Positions 10,601 through 19,858 of a stretch of DNA of 34,362 nt are shown in pieces. Source of the DNA: Chloroflexota bacterium (GTDB lineage: Bacteria; Chloroflexota; Limnocylindria; Limnocylindrales; CSP1-4). The stretch covers positions 88,978 through 123,339 of the forward strand of contig PMIE01000082.1 of assembly GCA_003156975.1 (NCBI GenBank). The letters run 5' to 3'. The notes under the pieces were generated by a model, which was not told the origin of the DNA, made no database searches, and worked only from the letters and a program-made list of their open reading frames with translations. Numbering within the stretch: position 1 is the first letter of the stretch; every line of letters begins with the position of its first letter. Made by a program: the position numbers and the translations under genes.

Positions 10601-11114
10601 CCCGATAGTCGGTTGGCTGTCCGGCCTCGTCGAACATCGCCTCGGCGATTGCGACGGCGCTCGACATCTGCTCGAAGAGGAGCCTGTGGACGCCGTAACT
10701 GGCAGCGCCCGTTTCGTCCAGAGCACTCTGCGGGTCCACTTCCCTGACCACCCCCACCAGGCTGAAGCCATCGCCGGACGGAACCGCTGAGAAGTCGTGC
10801 TCGATGGTTCGCACCTCGCCATCGGGTCGCTGAAAGTGGAACATGTGATGCGGCTGTCCTGTCGGAACGTGGCCGGAAGCGAGCACGTTCTCGACGATCG
10901 TTTTGACCGCACGCCTGACGGCGTTCGCATCGCGGCCGGGCGCCACCATCCGGCTGCAGACTTCCCAGGCCGGGAGCCCCATCATCGCGGCGGCCGAATG
11001 CCCGGTGAGCTCCTCCGCCTCGGGGCTCCACGCGGTGATGGCGCCGTGTTCGTCCGCAGCGACGGCCGCCGCCAGCTTCGTTCGCCTGGGTTTGGACTGG
11101 CCCGCGTTGGTCAC
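7671..11114 (-). CDS. Soluble hybrid sensor histidine kinase: about 6 PAS/PAC domains + HisKA + HATPase + receiver
   Basis: Repeated PAS/PAC units ending DIT/DVT/DAS, H-box [13 protein letters not shown]-box [28 protein letters not shown], receiver VVEDD...[13 protein letters not shown]...AKPF. Confidence 0.93.
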   Translation of the reverse strand: MTNAGQSKPRRTKLAAAVAADEHGAITAWSPEAEELTGHSAAAMMGLPAWEVCSRMVAPGRDANAVRRAVKTIVENVLASGHVPTGQPHHMFHFQRPDGEVRTIEHDFSAVPSGDGFSLVGVVREVDPQSALDETGAASYGVHRLLFEQMSSAVAIAEAMFDEAGQPTDYRVVDVNPAFETLTGLKADRLVGRLALELRPNIRPAIFKKVRHVAATGKPAQFETHGAVTDRYALIRLSRVGPALVVAMIDDVTEARRSEAAIRERNDFIETIVASAGDGIIVCDNELRYVLWNPVMEGLTGLSAGQVLGRNAWELFPEIMAAGVGEDLERALRGEAPTSREFEYVVPQTGRRGWVVQTNRPHRDAVGNIIGVVSSMQDITARHEMDEALRRSEEQFRTIFDGVGDGVAIYDPSGAFIEVNRMLCERLGYSREELLSMSISDIDSPESATLLPARVASIMEAGIALFEIDHLRRDGTLIPTEIVSRRIEFRGRPAILTVQRDVTERRQSEEALQKQTRLMQELLDAVPIPILAKDTDGRIVLANAAFVTAQGGPAEGILGKTYRELGQPEPDLSAEYDRLVLERETTQTYEADLRFSDGTVQHHVLTKAPLRSTKGEVVGVVTAGLNISDRYEAEKALRQSEERFRALFESAGDAIFISETSGRIMEANQTACERLGYGKGELLGLSLADISLPGEAAAIAERIAATREKGSLAFETSHVGRDGTVFPVEMIATMLDLGGQPAILGIARDASERKKAEKVREALEDQLRQAQKMEGIGQLAGGIAHDFNNLLTAIRGSASLALAELPPGAGAREDLEQIEQAADRAAGLTRQLLAFARRTVLQPEVVDLGEIVRRLGPMLRRIIGEDVSLATLVPKTACHVLADPGQLEQIIVNLAVNARDAMPDGGKVTIEVAPAEAGADAEADAEAGLHGPITTLSVTDTGVGMSPETLGHLFEPFFTTKGPGKGTGLGLATVYGIVRQSGGTVTARSELGRGSTFTVSLPRVEAARQVAAEVMQETAARGSRTGTILVVEDDNGVRRFASRVLEAAGYRVLVAPDGNAAVEASAHGTVQLLLTDVVMPGMSGRDVALKLSSAQPGIRVLYMSGHTDKGIVRDGVLEPDIEFLAKPFTAEALLAAVDKAISEVTAD

Positions 11115-11346
11115 GCTAAGCCCTTTCGCTCCGGCCCGATGGACGTCGATAATCGCCTCCCGGGCCGGTTCAGGATCCTGGCCACTCGTAGCCAGGGAGA
11201 GTGGCCATCCTGAGTCATCCGGCAGCAGTCGACAGACCAGAGCATCTTCCCACCGCTACCTGATGGAGTCCATGCCTCACTGTGAGGGAACGGAGCGAGG
11301 AGGCAACGCCTCCGGAGTGGGCAGAGGCCCACGCTGCGCCGCGGGT

Positions 11347-12807
11347 CTAGAGGGCCTTGACCGCCGCCACGAGTTGCTGCAGGCCCTTCTTCGCGTCGGC
11401 AAAGTACATGCCAGTCTTGGGATTCAGATAGAGCGGATTGTCGATGCCCGCGTAGCCGCGTCCCATCGATCTCTTCATGACGATGATCGAGCGGGCCTTG
11501 TCCACGTCGAGGATCGGCATGCCGAAGATGGGGCTGGACCGATCCGCACGCGCCGCCGGGTTGGTGACGTCGTTGGCGCCGACCACGAGTGCAACGTCCG
11601 TCCGTTCGAACTCGGGGTTGATCTCTTCCATCTCGCGCAACTGCGGATAGGGCACGTTCGCCTCGGCCAGCAGCACGTTCATGTGGCCCGGCATCCGGCC
11701 GGCCACGGGATGGATCGCGTATGAGACTTCGATGCCGCGCGCCTCGAGCAGATCGGCCAGCTCGCGGACGCCGTGCTGTGCCTGAGCGACCGCAAGACCG
11801 TATCCGGGGACGATGATGACCTTGCTTGCATAGGCGAGCTGAATGGCCGCGTCGTCGACCGAAACCTCGCGGACCGAGCCGTCCTCACTTGTGAATGCGG
11901 CCTGCGTACCCTCTGCGGCGCCAAAACCGCCGACGAGAATGTTGCCGATCGACCGATTCATGGCCGTCGCCATCAGCCGGGTCAAGATCGCGCCCGAGGC
12001 GCCGACCAGGGCTCCGGCGACGATCAGCATCACGTTGCCGACGACGAAGCCTGCCATCGACACGGCCGTGCCGGTGAAGGCATTGAGCAGCGAGATCACA
12101 ACCGGCATGTCAGCTCCGCCGATCGGCAGAACCATCAGCATTCCGAAAACGAGAGCGCACGTGAGGGCCACGGCAAGGAGCAGATACAGGACGTTGACGT
12201 CGTAGGTGACGATGCCCATGCCCGCAAGAATGAGCACGATCGAGACGCTCAGACCGCAGACCACGACGAACCAGGAGACGATCCGGCCGAATGGGATCAG
12301 GATCGGACGGCCTCTGATGAGGCCCATCAATTTGGCCGATGCGATCAACGAGCCGGTGAAAGTCACCGAGCCGACGATGACGTCGGCCAGGATGAAGAGG
12401 CTGCGCCAGCCGTCAAGGCCGGGCGCGCCGCCGGCCAGCACACGCAGGCCGTCCAGGGCGATGAAGTCGCTGATGGCAAGGAGGGCCGCCGCGCCGCCGC
12501 CGACCGCGTTGAACAGCGAAACCAGCTGCGGCATCTGGGTCATGGCCACAGTTCGGGCCATTCGGAGGCCGAGGCCGCCGCCGACCAGCAGGCCGCCGGC
12601 GATGATCAGCCAGTTGCCGATGCCGACCTGGCCTTCGGCAACGAACGCGATCTCCGCCGCGACGGCGATGATCATGCCGGTCGCGGAGACGCGGTTGCCG
12701 GTTCTGGCGGTGGCGGGGGAGTTCATCAGGTGCAAGCCCACCACGAAGAGAGCCGCTCCCACGATGAAAGCGAGGTGGACCAGGTAGCCGACGTTGGTGG
12801 CGTTCAT
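11347..12807 (-). CDS. pntB: NAD(P) transhydrogenase subunit beta
   Basis: MTQMPQLVSLFNAVGG, PIGGADMPVVISLLN, VPGYGLAVAQAQ, IHPVAGRMPGHMNVLLAEA. Start ATG 12807 with GAAGGA SD. Confidence 0.96.
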   Translation of the reverse strand: MNATNVGYLVHLAFIVGAALFVVGLHLMNSPATARTGNRVSATGMIIAVAAEIAFVAEGQVGIGNWLIIAGGLLVGGGLGLRMARTVAMTQMPQLVSLFNAVGGGAAALLAISDFIALDGLRVLAGGAPGLDGWRSLFILADVIVGSVTFTGSLIASAKLMGLIRGRPILIPFGRIVSWFVVVCGLSVSIVLILAGMGIVTYDVNVLYLLLAVALTCALVFGMLMVLPIGGADMPVVISLLNAFTGTAVSMAGFVVGNVMLIVAGALVGASGAILTRLMATAMNRSIGNILVGGFGAAEGTQAAFTSEDGSVREVSVDDAAIQLAYASKVIIVPGYGLAVAQAQHGVRELADLLEARGIEVSYAIHPVAGRMPGHMNVLLAEANVPYPQLREMEEINPEFERTDVALVVGANDVTNPAARADRSSPIFGMPILDVDKARSIIVMKRSMGRGYAGIDNPLYLNPKTGMYFADAKKGLQQLVAAVKAL

Positions 12808-12820
12808 CGCGATTCCTTCG

Positions 12821-13135
12821 TCACTTCGCGACCTTGTCCGCAGTTGGAGTAGGGCGCCGTTTGAACATTTCCAACATGCGGTCCGTGACCCAGTAGCCAC
12901 CCACGACGTTCGCGCCGGCGAAGGCCATGGCCACGAACGCCAGGGCCGCGGTCAGCGGGCTGTCGGCCGTGGCGGCGAGCCCGATCGCGCCTACCAGCAC
13001 GATCCCGTGGATCGAGTTCGTGCCGGACATGAGGGGTGTGTGAAGCGTGGCCGGGACCTTGCTGATGACTTCGAAGCCAAGCAGGATCGCCAGGACGAAG
13101 ACCGTCAGAGAGTCGAGCAGAGTGCCGACGTTCAT
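12821..13135 (-). CDS. pntAb: NAD(P) transhydrogenase subunit alpha, part 2 (membrane)
   Basis: VISKVPATLHTPLMSGTNSIHG...NVVGGYWVTDRMLEMF; ATGA overlap with the upstream gene. Confidence 0.95.
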   Translation of the reverse strand: MNVGTLLDSLTVFVLAILLGFEVISKVPATLHTPLMSGTNSIHGIVLVGAIGLAATADSPLTAALAFVAMAFAGANVVGGYWVTDRMLEMFKRRPTPTADKVAK

Positions 13136-14292
13136 TCCTTGGCGCCTCCTCGTGTTTTCGGCTGCAGGAGCTTCCTGGTGGCCTCCTGGACCACCTTGCC
13201 TCCGTGGGTGATGACGGTAGCAGCCGTGACCTCGTCTTCGAAGTCCAGCCGAAGCTCACCGAGCTTGACGAAGTTGAGCAGCAGGTTGGATATGTTGCGG
13301 GAGTAGAACGCGCTTGCGCCGGTCGGCATCGAGGCCGGCAGGTTCAGCGGAGCATGGATCTCGACGCCGTTTGGCGTAATGGTCACCTTGCCCGGCTTGG
13401 ATAGTTCGCAATTGCCGCCTAGATCGCTTGCCGCCATATCGACGACGATGGAGCCCGCCTTCATGCATTCCACTGCGCCAGCCGTGACGAGCACGGGTGG
13501 GCGTCGACCTGGCACCTGAGCGGTCGTGATCACGATGTCATGTGAGGCGATGATGTCGTTCAGTTCGTCCTGCTGGGCGGCCTGTTCATTCGCCGTCAGG
13601 GCTCGAGCGTAGCCTCCCTGACCGGCGCCGTCGATCGCCGATCGCAGTGTCACAAACTGGGCACCCAGGGACTCGGCCTGTTCGCGGGTCTCAGACCGGA
13701 CGTCATAGGCCTTGACCTGGGCCCCGAGTCTGCGTGCCGTGGCGATCGCCTGGAGGCCGGCCACGCCGATGCCCAGGACGAGGACGTTTGCCGGCTTGGC
13801 CGTTCCGGCGGGGGTCGTCAGCAACGGAAAGTAGCGCCCGAAGGCCTCCGCGGCCACGATGACTGCCTTGTACCCGGCAACATTCGCCTGAGACGAAAGG
13901 GCGTCCATGCCCTGCGCCCGGGACAGTGTTCGCGGTATTGCATCAAGGCTTATGGCCGTCAGACCCAGGGCGGCGAGTTCCGCCATCGTCTCCGGATCGA
14001 GTAGCGGAGCGAGCATCCCAATGACGACCTGGCCCGGGTGAGTCAGCTTCATCTCCGCCGGCGTGGGACGGTGGATCCGCAAAACGACATCGGACTGCGA
14101 GTAGAGCGTGGCGGCGGTGACTATCTTGGCCCCTGCCTGGGCGTAGTCGACGTCCGGGAAATGCGCCTCAACGCCCGCGCCGCGCTCGACGAGCACGCTC
14201 AAATCGGCGGCTCGAAGCTTCTCGACCGCCTCGGGAACGAGCGCGACGCGGCGCTCCCCCGGCGTGGTCTCCCTGGCGACGCCAACTTTCAT
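13132..14292 (-). CDS. pntAa: NAD(P) transhydrogenase subunit alpha, part 1 (NAD-binding dI)
   Basis: GERRVALVPE, RAQGMDALSSQANVAGYKAV, GIGVAGLQAIATARRLGA, TTAQVPGRRPP, GGNCELS. Confidence 0.95.
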   Translation of the reverse strand: MKVGVARETTPGERRVALVPEAVEKLRAADLSVLVERGAGVEAHFPDVDYAQAGAKIVTAATLYSQSDVVLRIHRPTPAEMKLTHPGQVVIGMLAPLLDPETMAELAALGLTAISLDAIPRTLSRAQGMDALSSQANVAGYKAVIVAAEAFGRYFPLLTTPAGTAKPANVLVLGIGVAGLQAIATARRLGAQVKAYDVRSETREQAESLGAQFVTLRSAIDGAGQGGYARALTANEQAAQQDELNDIIASHDIVITTAQVPGRRPPVLVTAGAVECMKAGSIVVDMAASDLGGNCELSKPGKVTITPNGVEIHAPLNLPASMPTGASAFYSRNISNLLLNFVKLGELRLDFEDEVTAATVITHGGKVVQEATRKLLQPKTRGGAKE

Positions 14293-14717
14293 GGTGATAT
14301 CACCTGCTGTACGCGAATGGATCGACCCCGTTCAGGGCGAGAGCGTCCAGCATGAACGCCGAGCGCCCGCGGGGACGCAAGGCATCCGATCGTGGAGGAC
14401 GCTGCCAAAGTCTATCCGGGCGGGGCCGGACCTGTCGCGGCAGAAGGTCTCCAAAGGCGGGTAGAGCCCACCCGGACGGGTCGTGGCCCGCCCGACGCAA
14501 CCCGGCACCGCAAAGACCATGCCATGGACGGACCGATGCGCCGGTTGTCCTCGCCACGTCACTACGGGCACTCGTTCACACTTCCGACCCGCGGATCCGA
14601 ATCTGCCGAAACATATGTGTCGATATCTCGCGGCAAAGGCGTATAGTCGATTGGCCATCGTCCATATGTCGGGCGATGAATGGCGTTCCCGTCCTGGGAT
14701 CGGAGAAGAGGACAGAG

Positions 14718-15053
14718 ATGGTCACAGTTCGAAAAGCCGATCCGGCACTCATGGACAAAGGCAGCCAGCGTCCCCGGGAGTTGAGCCCTGCGGCACGCGA
14801 GCGAGAGCAGCAGCAGCGTCAGTTCAAGAAGCTGATAGGCCAACTCAAAGGGCCGGAACAGGTATTCGAGGTCAGACTGGATCCGACTGAGAAGCCGATC
14901 ACGATTCGGCAACGCCTCCTGCGCGTAGCGGCCGATGCCAATGTCGAGATCGCGGTGCGCAAACACGGAGATGGTTTCCTCGTCGGCCTGCTCACACCTG
15001 ACCGGCGAACGAATCGCGGGCGCCGCGCGGCTGCTGCGGGGCCAAAGGACTGA
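14718..15053 (+). CDS. Small basic hypothetical protein (111 aa), possible DNA-binding protein
   Basis: Purine-rich SD (GGAGAAGAGGA) before ATG 14718; TATAGT -10 at 14642-14647; MVTVRKADP...RRTNRGRR. The upstream extension to 14352 looks non-coding. Confidence 0.7.
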   Translation: MVTVRKADPALMDKGSQRPRELSPAAREREQQQRQFKKLIGQLKGPEQVFEVRLDPTEKPITIRQRLLRVAADANVEIAVRKHGDGFLVGLLTPDRRTNRGRRAAAAGPKD

Positions 15054-15150
15054 CATTCCCGGTCCTTGCTGCCTCGATGATCTGGGGCGAAGTCGACATG
15101 GAGATGACCGACCGAAGGCCCGTCCCGCGGTCCATTGGAAGGAACCTGAG

Positions 15151-16422
15151 TTGAGCGCCGTCACAGGCGACTCTGATCCTGTTGAGCAATCCTCCGCGCC
15201 TGCCGAAGGGCTGGACCTCGAACAAGCAGGTAGCCTCCAGCGACTGGTCGAGATCCGCTGTGGGTTCGCCGAGATGGCGCGCAAGGAGGCCCAGGCGGCA
15301 TCGGCCCGCGTCGCGGAAATGAAGGTGATGCTGGAAGCCACCGCGGCCATGGTCGCCAAACTTCAAGCCCAAGTCGATGCGGCCGCAACCCATGCAGCAA
15401 AGGACGACGCCCACCGTGCCTTCCGGGCCGCCGTTGCGGCAGCGCGGGGTCGGGGCCAGGTCGAGAGCGCAGCAAGCACCTGGCTGCTCGGGATCAACAC
15501 CATCAACGCGCAGAGCCGCGTCCTCCAGGCGCGACTCAAGCACGAGCGCGAGGTTGCCGACTCGCTGGGACCGCAGCTCTCGACGCTCTCCACAATGGCT
15601 GAGGCCAGCGCGACGGCGGCGGCGAAGGCCATTGAGGCTTGCCGCGAGGCCCAAGCTCAAGCCGAGGCTTCAGCCGCGGGCGGGACGAAGGCCTCCTCGT
15701 CCGACGAACCCCGCGTGCCGGAGACCGAGTCGGAACCTCAGACAGAGGCCGCGGCGGAAGGTGGCGGGACTCCACCGTCCGATAGGACATCAGGCGGGGA
15801 GTTGCCGGATCTTCTCGCCGACCAGGGCCTTCCGTCGACCGGCTGGCTGGTCATCGACATCAGGTCGCCGGAGCCCCAGGCGATCATCCGGCTGGTGCGC
15901 CGGGACGGCAAAACGCTGAACACGCTGGTGGATCGCCTGGCCGGCACCGACCCGACGGCCCGCAGCTGCTGGGGGCTGCTTCTGTCGAACTTCGTGGATT
16001 CAATTGCCGCAGCTGCAATCGAGGACGCGAGCCTGGTCTTCCCGGCCGCCGATCCGTTCTGGGGCCAATTCAACGAGGCGGAGGCCCGGGAGATTGCTCG
16101 TGGGCTCGCTGCGCTCGGTTTCCGATATGACGGTTTCGGTGAGTTTGCCGACGGCCGTGTTCCCGGGCAGCGGGACCTGGCGCTGGCCGTAGGCAGTGCC
16201 GGACTGTTGCCGGCGAGGGTTCGGCACTGGCCCAAGCCGGAGGATGCCGCGCAGCTCGTCCGAGGAGTCGGCATCGCAGTGGACACATTCATCGCGGCCG
16301 AGGCGCCGGCACTCACTCTGGGCGAGATGGTCAGGCTGCTGGGCCGCAGAGCGGACCTCCTGGCCGATCTGTGGAACGACTGGGACAGGGTTCGGCCGCT
16401 GCTGTTCGCGACGAACCTCTAG
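15151..16422 (+). CDS. Hypothetical protein: N-terminal coiled coil, acidic linker, globular C-terminal domain
   Basis: Long ORF; AAGGA SD before TTG 15151; Ala/Glu-rich heptad region then a Trp/Phe-containing domain; stop overlaps the stop of the convergent gene. Confidence 0.65.
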   Translation: MSAVTGDSDPVEQSSAPAEGLDLEQAGSLQRLVEIRCGFAEMARKEAQAASARVAEMKVMLEATAAMVAKLQAQVDAAATHAAKDDAHRAFRAAVAAARGRGQVESAASTWLLGINTINAQSRVLQARLKHEREVADSLGPQLSTLSTMAEASATAAAKAIEACREAQAQAEASAAGGTKASSSDEPRVPETESEPQTEAAAEGGGTPPSDRTSGGELPDLLADQGLPSTGWLVIDIRSPEPQAIIRLVRRDGKTLNTLVDRLAGTDPTARSCWGLLLSNFVDSIAAAAIEDASLVFPAADPFWGQFNEAEAREIARGLAALGFRYDGFGEFADGRVPGQRDLALAVGSAGLLPARVRHWPKPEDAAQLVRGVGIAVDTFIAAEAPALTLGEMVRLLGRRADLLADLWNDWDRVRPLLFATNL

Positions 16423-17174
16423 GACCCGGGCAGCCCAATCGGGTCCCGATCGATTACGACAAGCCGATAGGCTTCGGCCGCGTCGACGCCGATTTGCGCG
16501 CCTTGTTCGGCCAATCGGCCGCGGACCCGGTTGAAGACGGCCTCCGAGTCGTGGATCTGACTGGCATGGCAGCGCAGGGCCTCGATCTTGCGGTCGACGG
16601 CGGTGGCGACGTCGATCCAGACGTTTGGCTGATTGGACCACATCATGTATATGCGCCGGACTCTGTGGGCCGGCAAACCGCCCTTTGCCAGCCACGGAAA
16701 TGCCATCGGGTTGCGCGCGGCGGGGAAGACGGCATCTACGGCTGCCAGCGCGGCGGCGCGATGGTCGGTGTGGTTGATGCCTCCGCCGACGTGGACAACG
16801 ACTTCGGGATCGCCGCAGAAGACCGCGTCGGGTTTGAAGGTCCGAATCTCCTTGACGAGCATCTCGCGCAGCGGCAGGTCGTTCGCCAGGCTGCCGTCCG
16901 GCTGGTGGAGGAAGGTGACGCCGGCATAGCCGACGATCGCGGCCGCTCGACGCTGCTCCTCCTCGCGGGCCCGCGCCAGATCGATCGGATCCAGGTTGGG
17001 GTCCTCGCCGCCGGCATCCCCGGATGTGCAGCACACGAGCCATCCCTCAGCCCCGGCGTCGATCCAGACGGCCGCCGCGCCGGCCGGCCCAAAGTCGGCG
17101 TCGTCGGGGTGGCCGACGATGACCATGAATCGATCCGGCCGCCAGGTGTGGGCCGTTGGAGTCTCGTCTGTCAT
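16419..17174 (-). CDS. PIG-L/LmbE family deacetylase
   Basis: VIVGHPDDADF, CTSGDAG, REEEQRRAA, NHTDH, KIEALRCHASQ. Confidence 0.92.
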   Translation of the reverse strand: MTDETPTAHTWRPDRFMVIVGHPDDADFGPAGAAAVWIDAGAEGWLVCCTSGDAGGEDPNLDPIDLARAREEEQRRAAAIVGYAGVTFLHQPDGSLANDLPLREMLVKEIRTFKPDAVFCGDPEVVVHVGGGINHTDHRAAALAAVDAVFPAARNPMAFPWLAKGGLPAHRVRRIYMMWSNQPNVWIDVATAVDRKIEALRCHASQIHDSEAVFNRVRGRLAEQGAQIGVDAAEAYRLVVIDRDPIGLPGS

Positions 17175-17296
17175 CTGTCTGCGCTACCTGCCTCCCAAAA
17201 CGCCGTTGTCGAATGGCAACACCAGCGCGAGTTGTCCTCGTGCGCTGCCCCGAAATGGCCGAATCCAATTTTGCGCGGTCGGGTTATGATGCCGCC

Positions 17297-17340
17297 CGAG
17301 GCTTCGCTCGTCTCCCCCCACGGGCGAAGCCTCTCTGTCT
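17297..17340 (+). ncRNA. Candidate small RNA: hairpin with CUCCCCCC loop
   Basis: TATGAT at 17285-17290; 14-bp stem 17298-17311/17320-17333 with one G-U pair (favours plus strand); loop CTCCCCCC; weak pyrimidine tail. Confidence 0.4.
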
Positions 17341-17377
17341 GCCCGGGACTGTACACGGGCCGCGCCGGAGAGGATGT

Positions 17378-17416
17378 CGACCGCGGGGCGGCGGCGTCGC
17401 GCCCGCCCCGCGGTCG
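17378..17416. terminator. GC-rich hairpin downstream of bcp (possible terminator/stabiliser)
   Basis: Perfect 14-bp inverted repeat cgaccgcggggcgg / ccgccccgcggtcg about 20 nt after the bcp stop; no U-tract. Confidence 0.5.
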
Positions 17417-17437
17417 CCCCGCGCCCGCCAGATAGTG

Positions 17438-17923
17438 TCAGTCGAGCCGCGAGCGAGCTTCGCTCAGAGCGGCCAGAACCTCGGTGGCATGGCCCTCCGC
17501 CTTGACCTTCGGCCAGACGTGCGCAACCTTGCCGTCCGGCCCCACCAGAAAGCTGGATCGCAGGATGCCCCAGTAAGTCTTGCCGTAGTTGGTCTTCTCG
17601 CCCCAGGCGCCGAACAGGTCCGCGACGCCGTGGTCCTCATCGGCGAGGAGCGTGAACGGAAGTCCGTACTTGGCTCGGAACGCGGCCTTGCTCGCCGGCC
17701 CTTGCGGGCTCAACCCCCAGACCTCTGTATCGGCCGCCTTGAAGGCGGCATCGTTGTCCCGGAACGAGCATGCCTCCTTTGTGCATCCCGGCGTGTCGTC
17801 GGCCGGGTAGAAGTACACGACTGTGAAGTGGCCGCGGCGATCGGAAAGGCGGTGTGCCCTGCCCGAGTCGTCACGGAGCTCGAATTCGGGGGCGAGCTCG
17901 CCCACCTTCGGCATGTCGCTCAT
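17438..17923 (-). CDS. bcp: Thioredoxin-dependent peroxiredoxin BCP/PrxQ
   Basis: VVYFYPADDTPGCTKEACSFRD, FGAWGEKTNYGK, ILRSSFLVGPDG. Confidence 0.95.
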   Translation of the reverse strand: MSDMPKVGELAPEFELRDDSGRAHRLSDRRGHFTVVYFYPADDTPGCTKEACSFRDNDAAFKAADTEVWGLSPQGPASKAAFRAKYGLPFTLLADEDHGVADLFGAWGEKTNYGKTYWGILRSSFLVGPDGKVAHVWPKVKAEGHATEVLAALSEARSRLD

Positions 17924-18047
17924 GACGCCAGCCTAGCAGTGCCCGTTGCGAGCAGTCGGCGGGGCGAAGGATGGTCCACGAGGCGCGCCCAGCCGGTGGC
18001 CGGACGCCGCTCCGGGCCGGCCGCGGTATGATGCCGCCAACCGAATA

Positions 18048-18133
18048 GCCTCCGGGGAGCGCACGAGCGCTGAGAGTGCGGCACCAGCCGCAGACCCGCC
18101 GTACCTGATCTGGGTAATGCCAGCGAAGGAAGC
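18048..18133 (+). ncRNA. TPP riboswitch (THI element)
   Basis: GGGGAGC...GCTGAGAG...GACCCG..ACCTGATCTGGGTAATGCCAGCGAAGGAAGC matches the TPP aptamer core; lies directly upstream of thi genes; TATGAT -10 at 18027-18032. Confidence 0.96.
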
Positions 18134-18148
18134 AGGCACGCTAGTCCC

Positions 18149-18185
18149 TCGCCGCGACCCCGCCGGAACGCGGCGATATTTGTCT
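18149..18185 (+). terminator. Expression-platform terminator of the TPP riboswitch
   Basis: tcgccgcg (18149-18156) / cgcggcga (18169-18176) followed by tatttgtct. Confidence 0.6.
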
Positions 18186-18213
18186 CTATCGAAGCTTGGT
18201 GGACTGGCACACG

Positions 18214-19041
18214 GTGAACGAAATCGACAATGGAAGCGACGCACCGCGTCGTCCGCGAGCGTTGACAATCGCGGGCTCCGATTCCGGGGGCGGAGCGGGG
18301 ATACAGGCGGATCTCAAGACCTTCGCAGCTTTCGGTGTCTACGGCGCCTCGGCCATCACTGCGATTACCGCCCAGAACACGGTCGGGGTGCGGGCGATCC
18401 ACGAAGTTCCGGCGGATGTGGTGGCCGCCCAGATCGATGCCGTCCTCGAGGACATCGGCGCCGATGCGGCGAAGACGGGGATGCTGTTCAGCGTCGAAAT
18501 CGTCGAGGCGGTCGCCGATCGGCTGCGGGCCCACGCGTTCGCGCCGCTCGTCGTGGATCCGGTGATGGTCGCCAAGAGCGGCGACGCATTGCTGCTCCCC
18601 GAGGCGGTCCAGGCCATGCTCCGCCTCATCCTGCCTCTTGCGACCGTCGTGACGCCGAATGCGCCGGAGGCGGCCGTTCTGTCCGGCGTGGAGGTGCGGG
18701 ACACCGAATCGGCACGCGAGGCGGCGCGCCGGATCTTCGACCTCGGGCCGGCCCTGGTCATCGTCAAGGGCGGCCACCTCGACGGCGAGACCTCCGACGA
18801 CCTGATGTTCGACGGACGGTCTTTCGAGGTGCTGTCCGGCAAGCGTATCGACACGCCTCATACCCATGGGACCGGCTGCACTTTCTCGGCCGCAATCGCC
18901 GCGTGTCTTGCTCGCGGGCTCGAGCCGGCGGCATCTGCCCGGGAAGCTCGCGCCTTCTTGCAGGGCGCAATCGAACATGCGGAGCCGCTCGGCGCAGGCC
19001 ACGGGCCCGTGAACCACTTCTGGAGGTCTTCCCATGACTGA
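18214..19041 (+). CDS. thiD: Hydroxymethylpyrimidine/phosphomethylpyrimidine kinase
   Basis: [57 protein letters not shown]. Start GTG 18214 (alternative TTG 18196). Confidence 0.96.
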   Translation: MNEIDNGSDAPRRPRALTIAGSDSGGGAGIQADLKTFAAFGVYGASAITAITAQNTVGVRAIHEVPADVVAAQIDAVLEDIGADAAKTGMLFSVEIVEAVADRLRAHAFAPLVVDPVMVAKSGDALLLPEAVQAMLRLILPLATVVTPNAPEAAVLSGVEVRDTESAREAARRIFDLGPALVIVKGGHLDGETSDDLMFDGRSFEVLSGKRIDTPHTHGTGCTFSAAIAACLARGLEPAASAREARAFLQGAIEHAEPLGAGHGPVNHFWRSSHD

Positions 19042-19858
19042 ACTCGATCTTGCCCAACGCACCGCCGAGTCGCTTGCCCGGATTCGCGAGCGCACGCCGC
19101 TGATTCACAACATCACCAACTTCGTGGTGATGAACGACACGGCGAACCTGCTCCTGGCCCTTGGGGCGTCGCCGGTCATGGCCCATGCCATCGAGGAAGT
19201 GCGCGAGATGGTGGGCTATGCCGGCGCCCTGGTTCTGAACATCGGGACGCTCGAGGAGAGCTGGATCAAGTCGATGCTCGCGGCGGGTGAGGAAGCGAAC
19301 CTGCGCGGCATTCCGGTGGTGCTGGATCCGGTGGGCGCGGGGGCCACGAGGCTTCGTACTACGACCACGGAGCGGATCCGCGCCGCCGTCCGGGTGGCCG
19401 TGGTTCGCGGCAATGCCGCCGAACTGGCCACCATCGCGGGCATGGAGGCGCAGATCCGGGGCGTTGATTCGGTTGCATCGGGCGAGCCCGCCGCCGCGGC
19501 GCGGCTGGCGGCCGCTCGCTTCGGGGGCGTCGCCGTCGTCAGCGGCCCGGTGGACTATGTGGCCGACTCTTCGCGCGCGGCCGAGGTAAGGAACGGCGAT
19601 CCTCTCCTGGGCCGGATCACCGGCTCGGGCTGCATGGCCACGGCGACCGTCGGGGCATTCCTTGCCGTGGAGCCCGACCCCTTCCTGGCCGCGACTGAGG
19701 CGATGATCGCGTTTGGGATCGCCGGAGAAGTGGCAGCGGAGCGCAGCGCGGGCCCCGGCACGTTCCGGGCAAATCTGCTGGATGCGGTGGCGGCGCTGGA
19801 CGGGGCCACGATCCTGGCTCGTACTCGGGCGGCGCTTCGCGAGGCTCAGCCGGCATGA
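19034..19858 (+). CDS. thiM: Hydroxyethylthiazole kinase
   Basis: PLIHNITNFVVMNDTANLLLALGASPVMA, LDPVGAGAT, RGNAAE, ITGSGCM. Confidence 0.96.
   Translation: MTELDLAQRTAESLARIRERTPLIHNITNFVVMNDTANLLLALGASPVMAHAIEEVREMVGYAGALVLNIGTLEESWIKSMLAAGEEANLRGIPVVLDPVGAGATRLRTTTTERIRAAVRVAVVRGNAAELATIAGMEAQIRGVDSVASGEPAAAARLAAARFGGVAVVSGPVDYVADSSRAAEVRNGDPLLGRITGSGCMATATVGAFLAVEPDPFLAATEAMIAFGIAGEVAAERSAGPGTFRANLLDAVAALDGATILARTRAALREAQPA

Noticed and set aside
11347-14292. Split pntA as a possible pseudogene
   Set aside because: The three-subunit arrangement (alpha1, alpha2, beta) is a well-known natural form, and both parts are intact with ATGA coupling.
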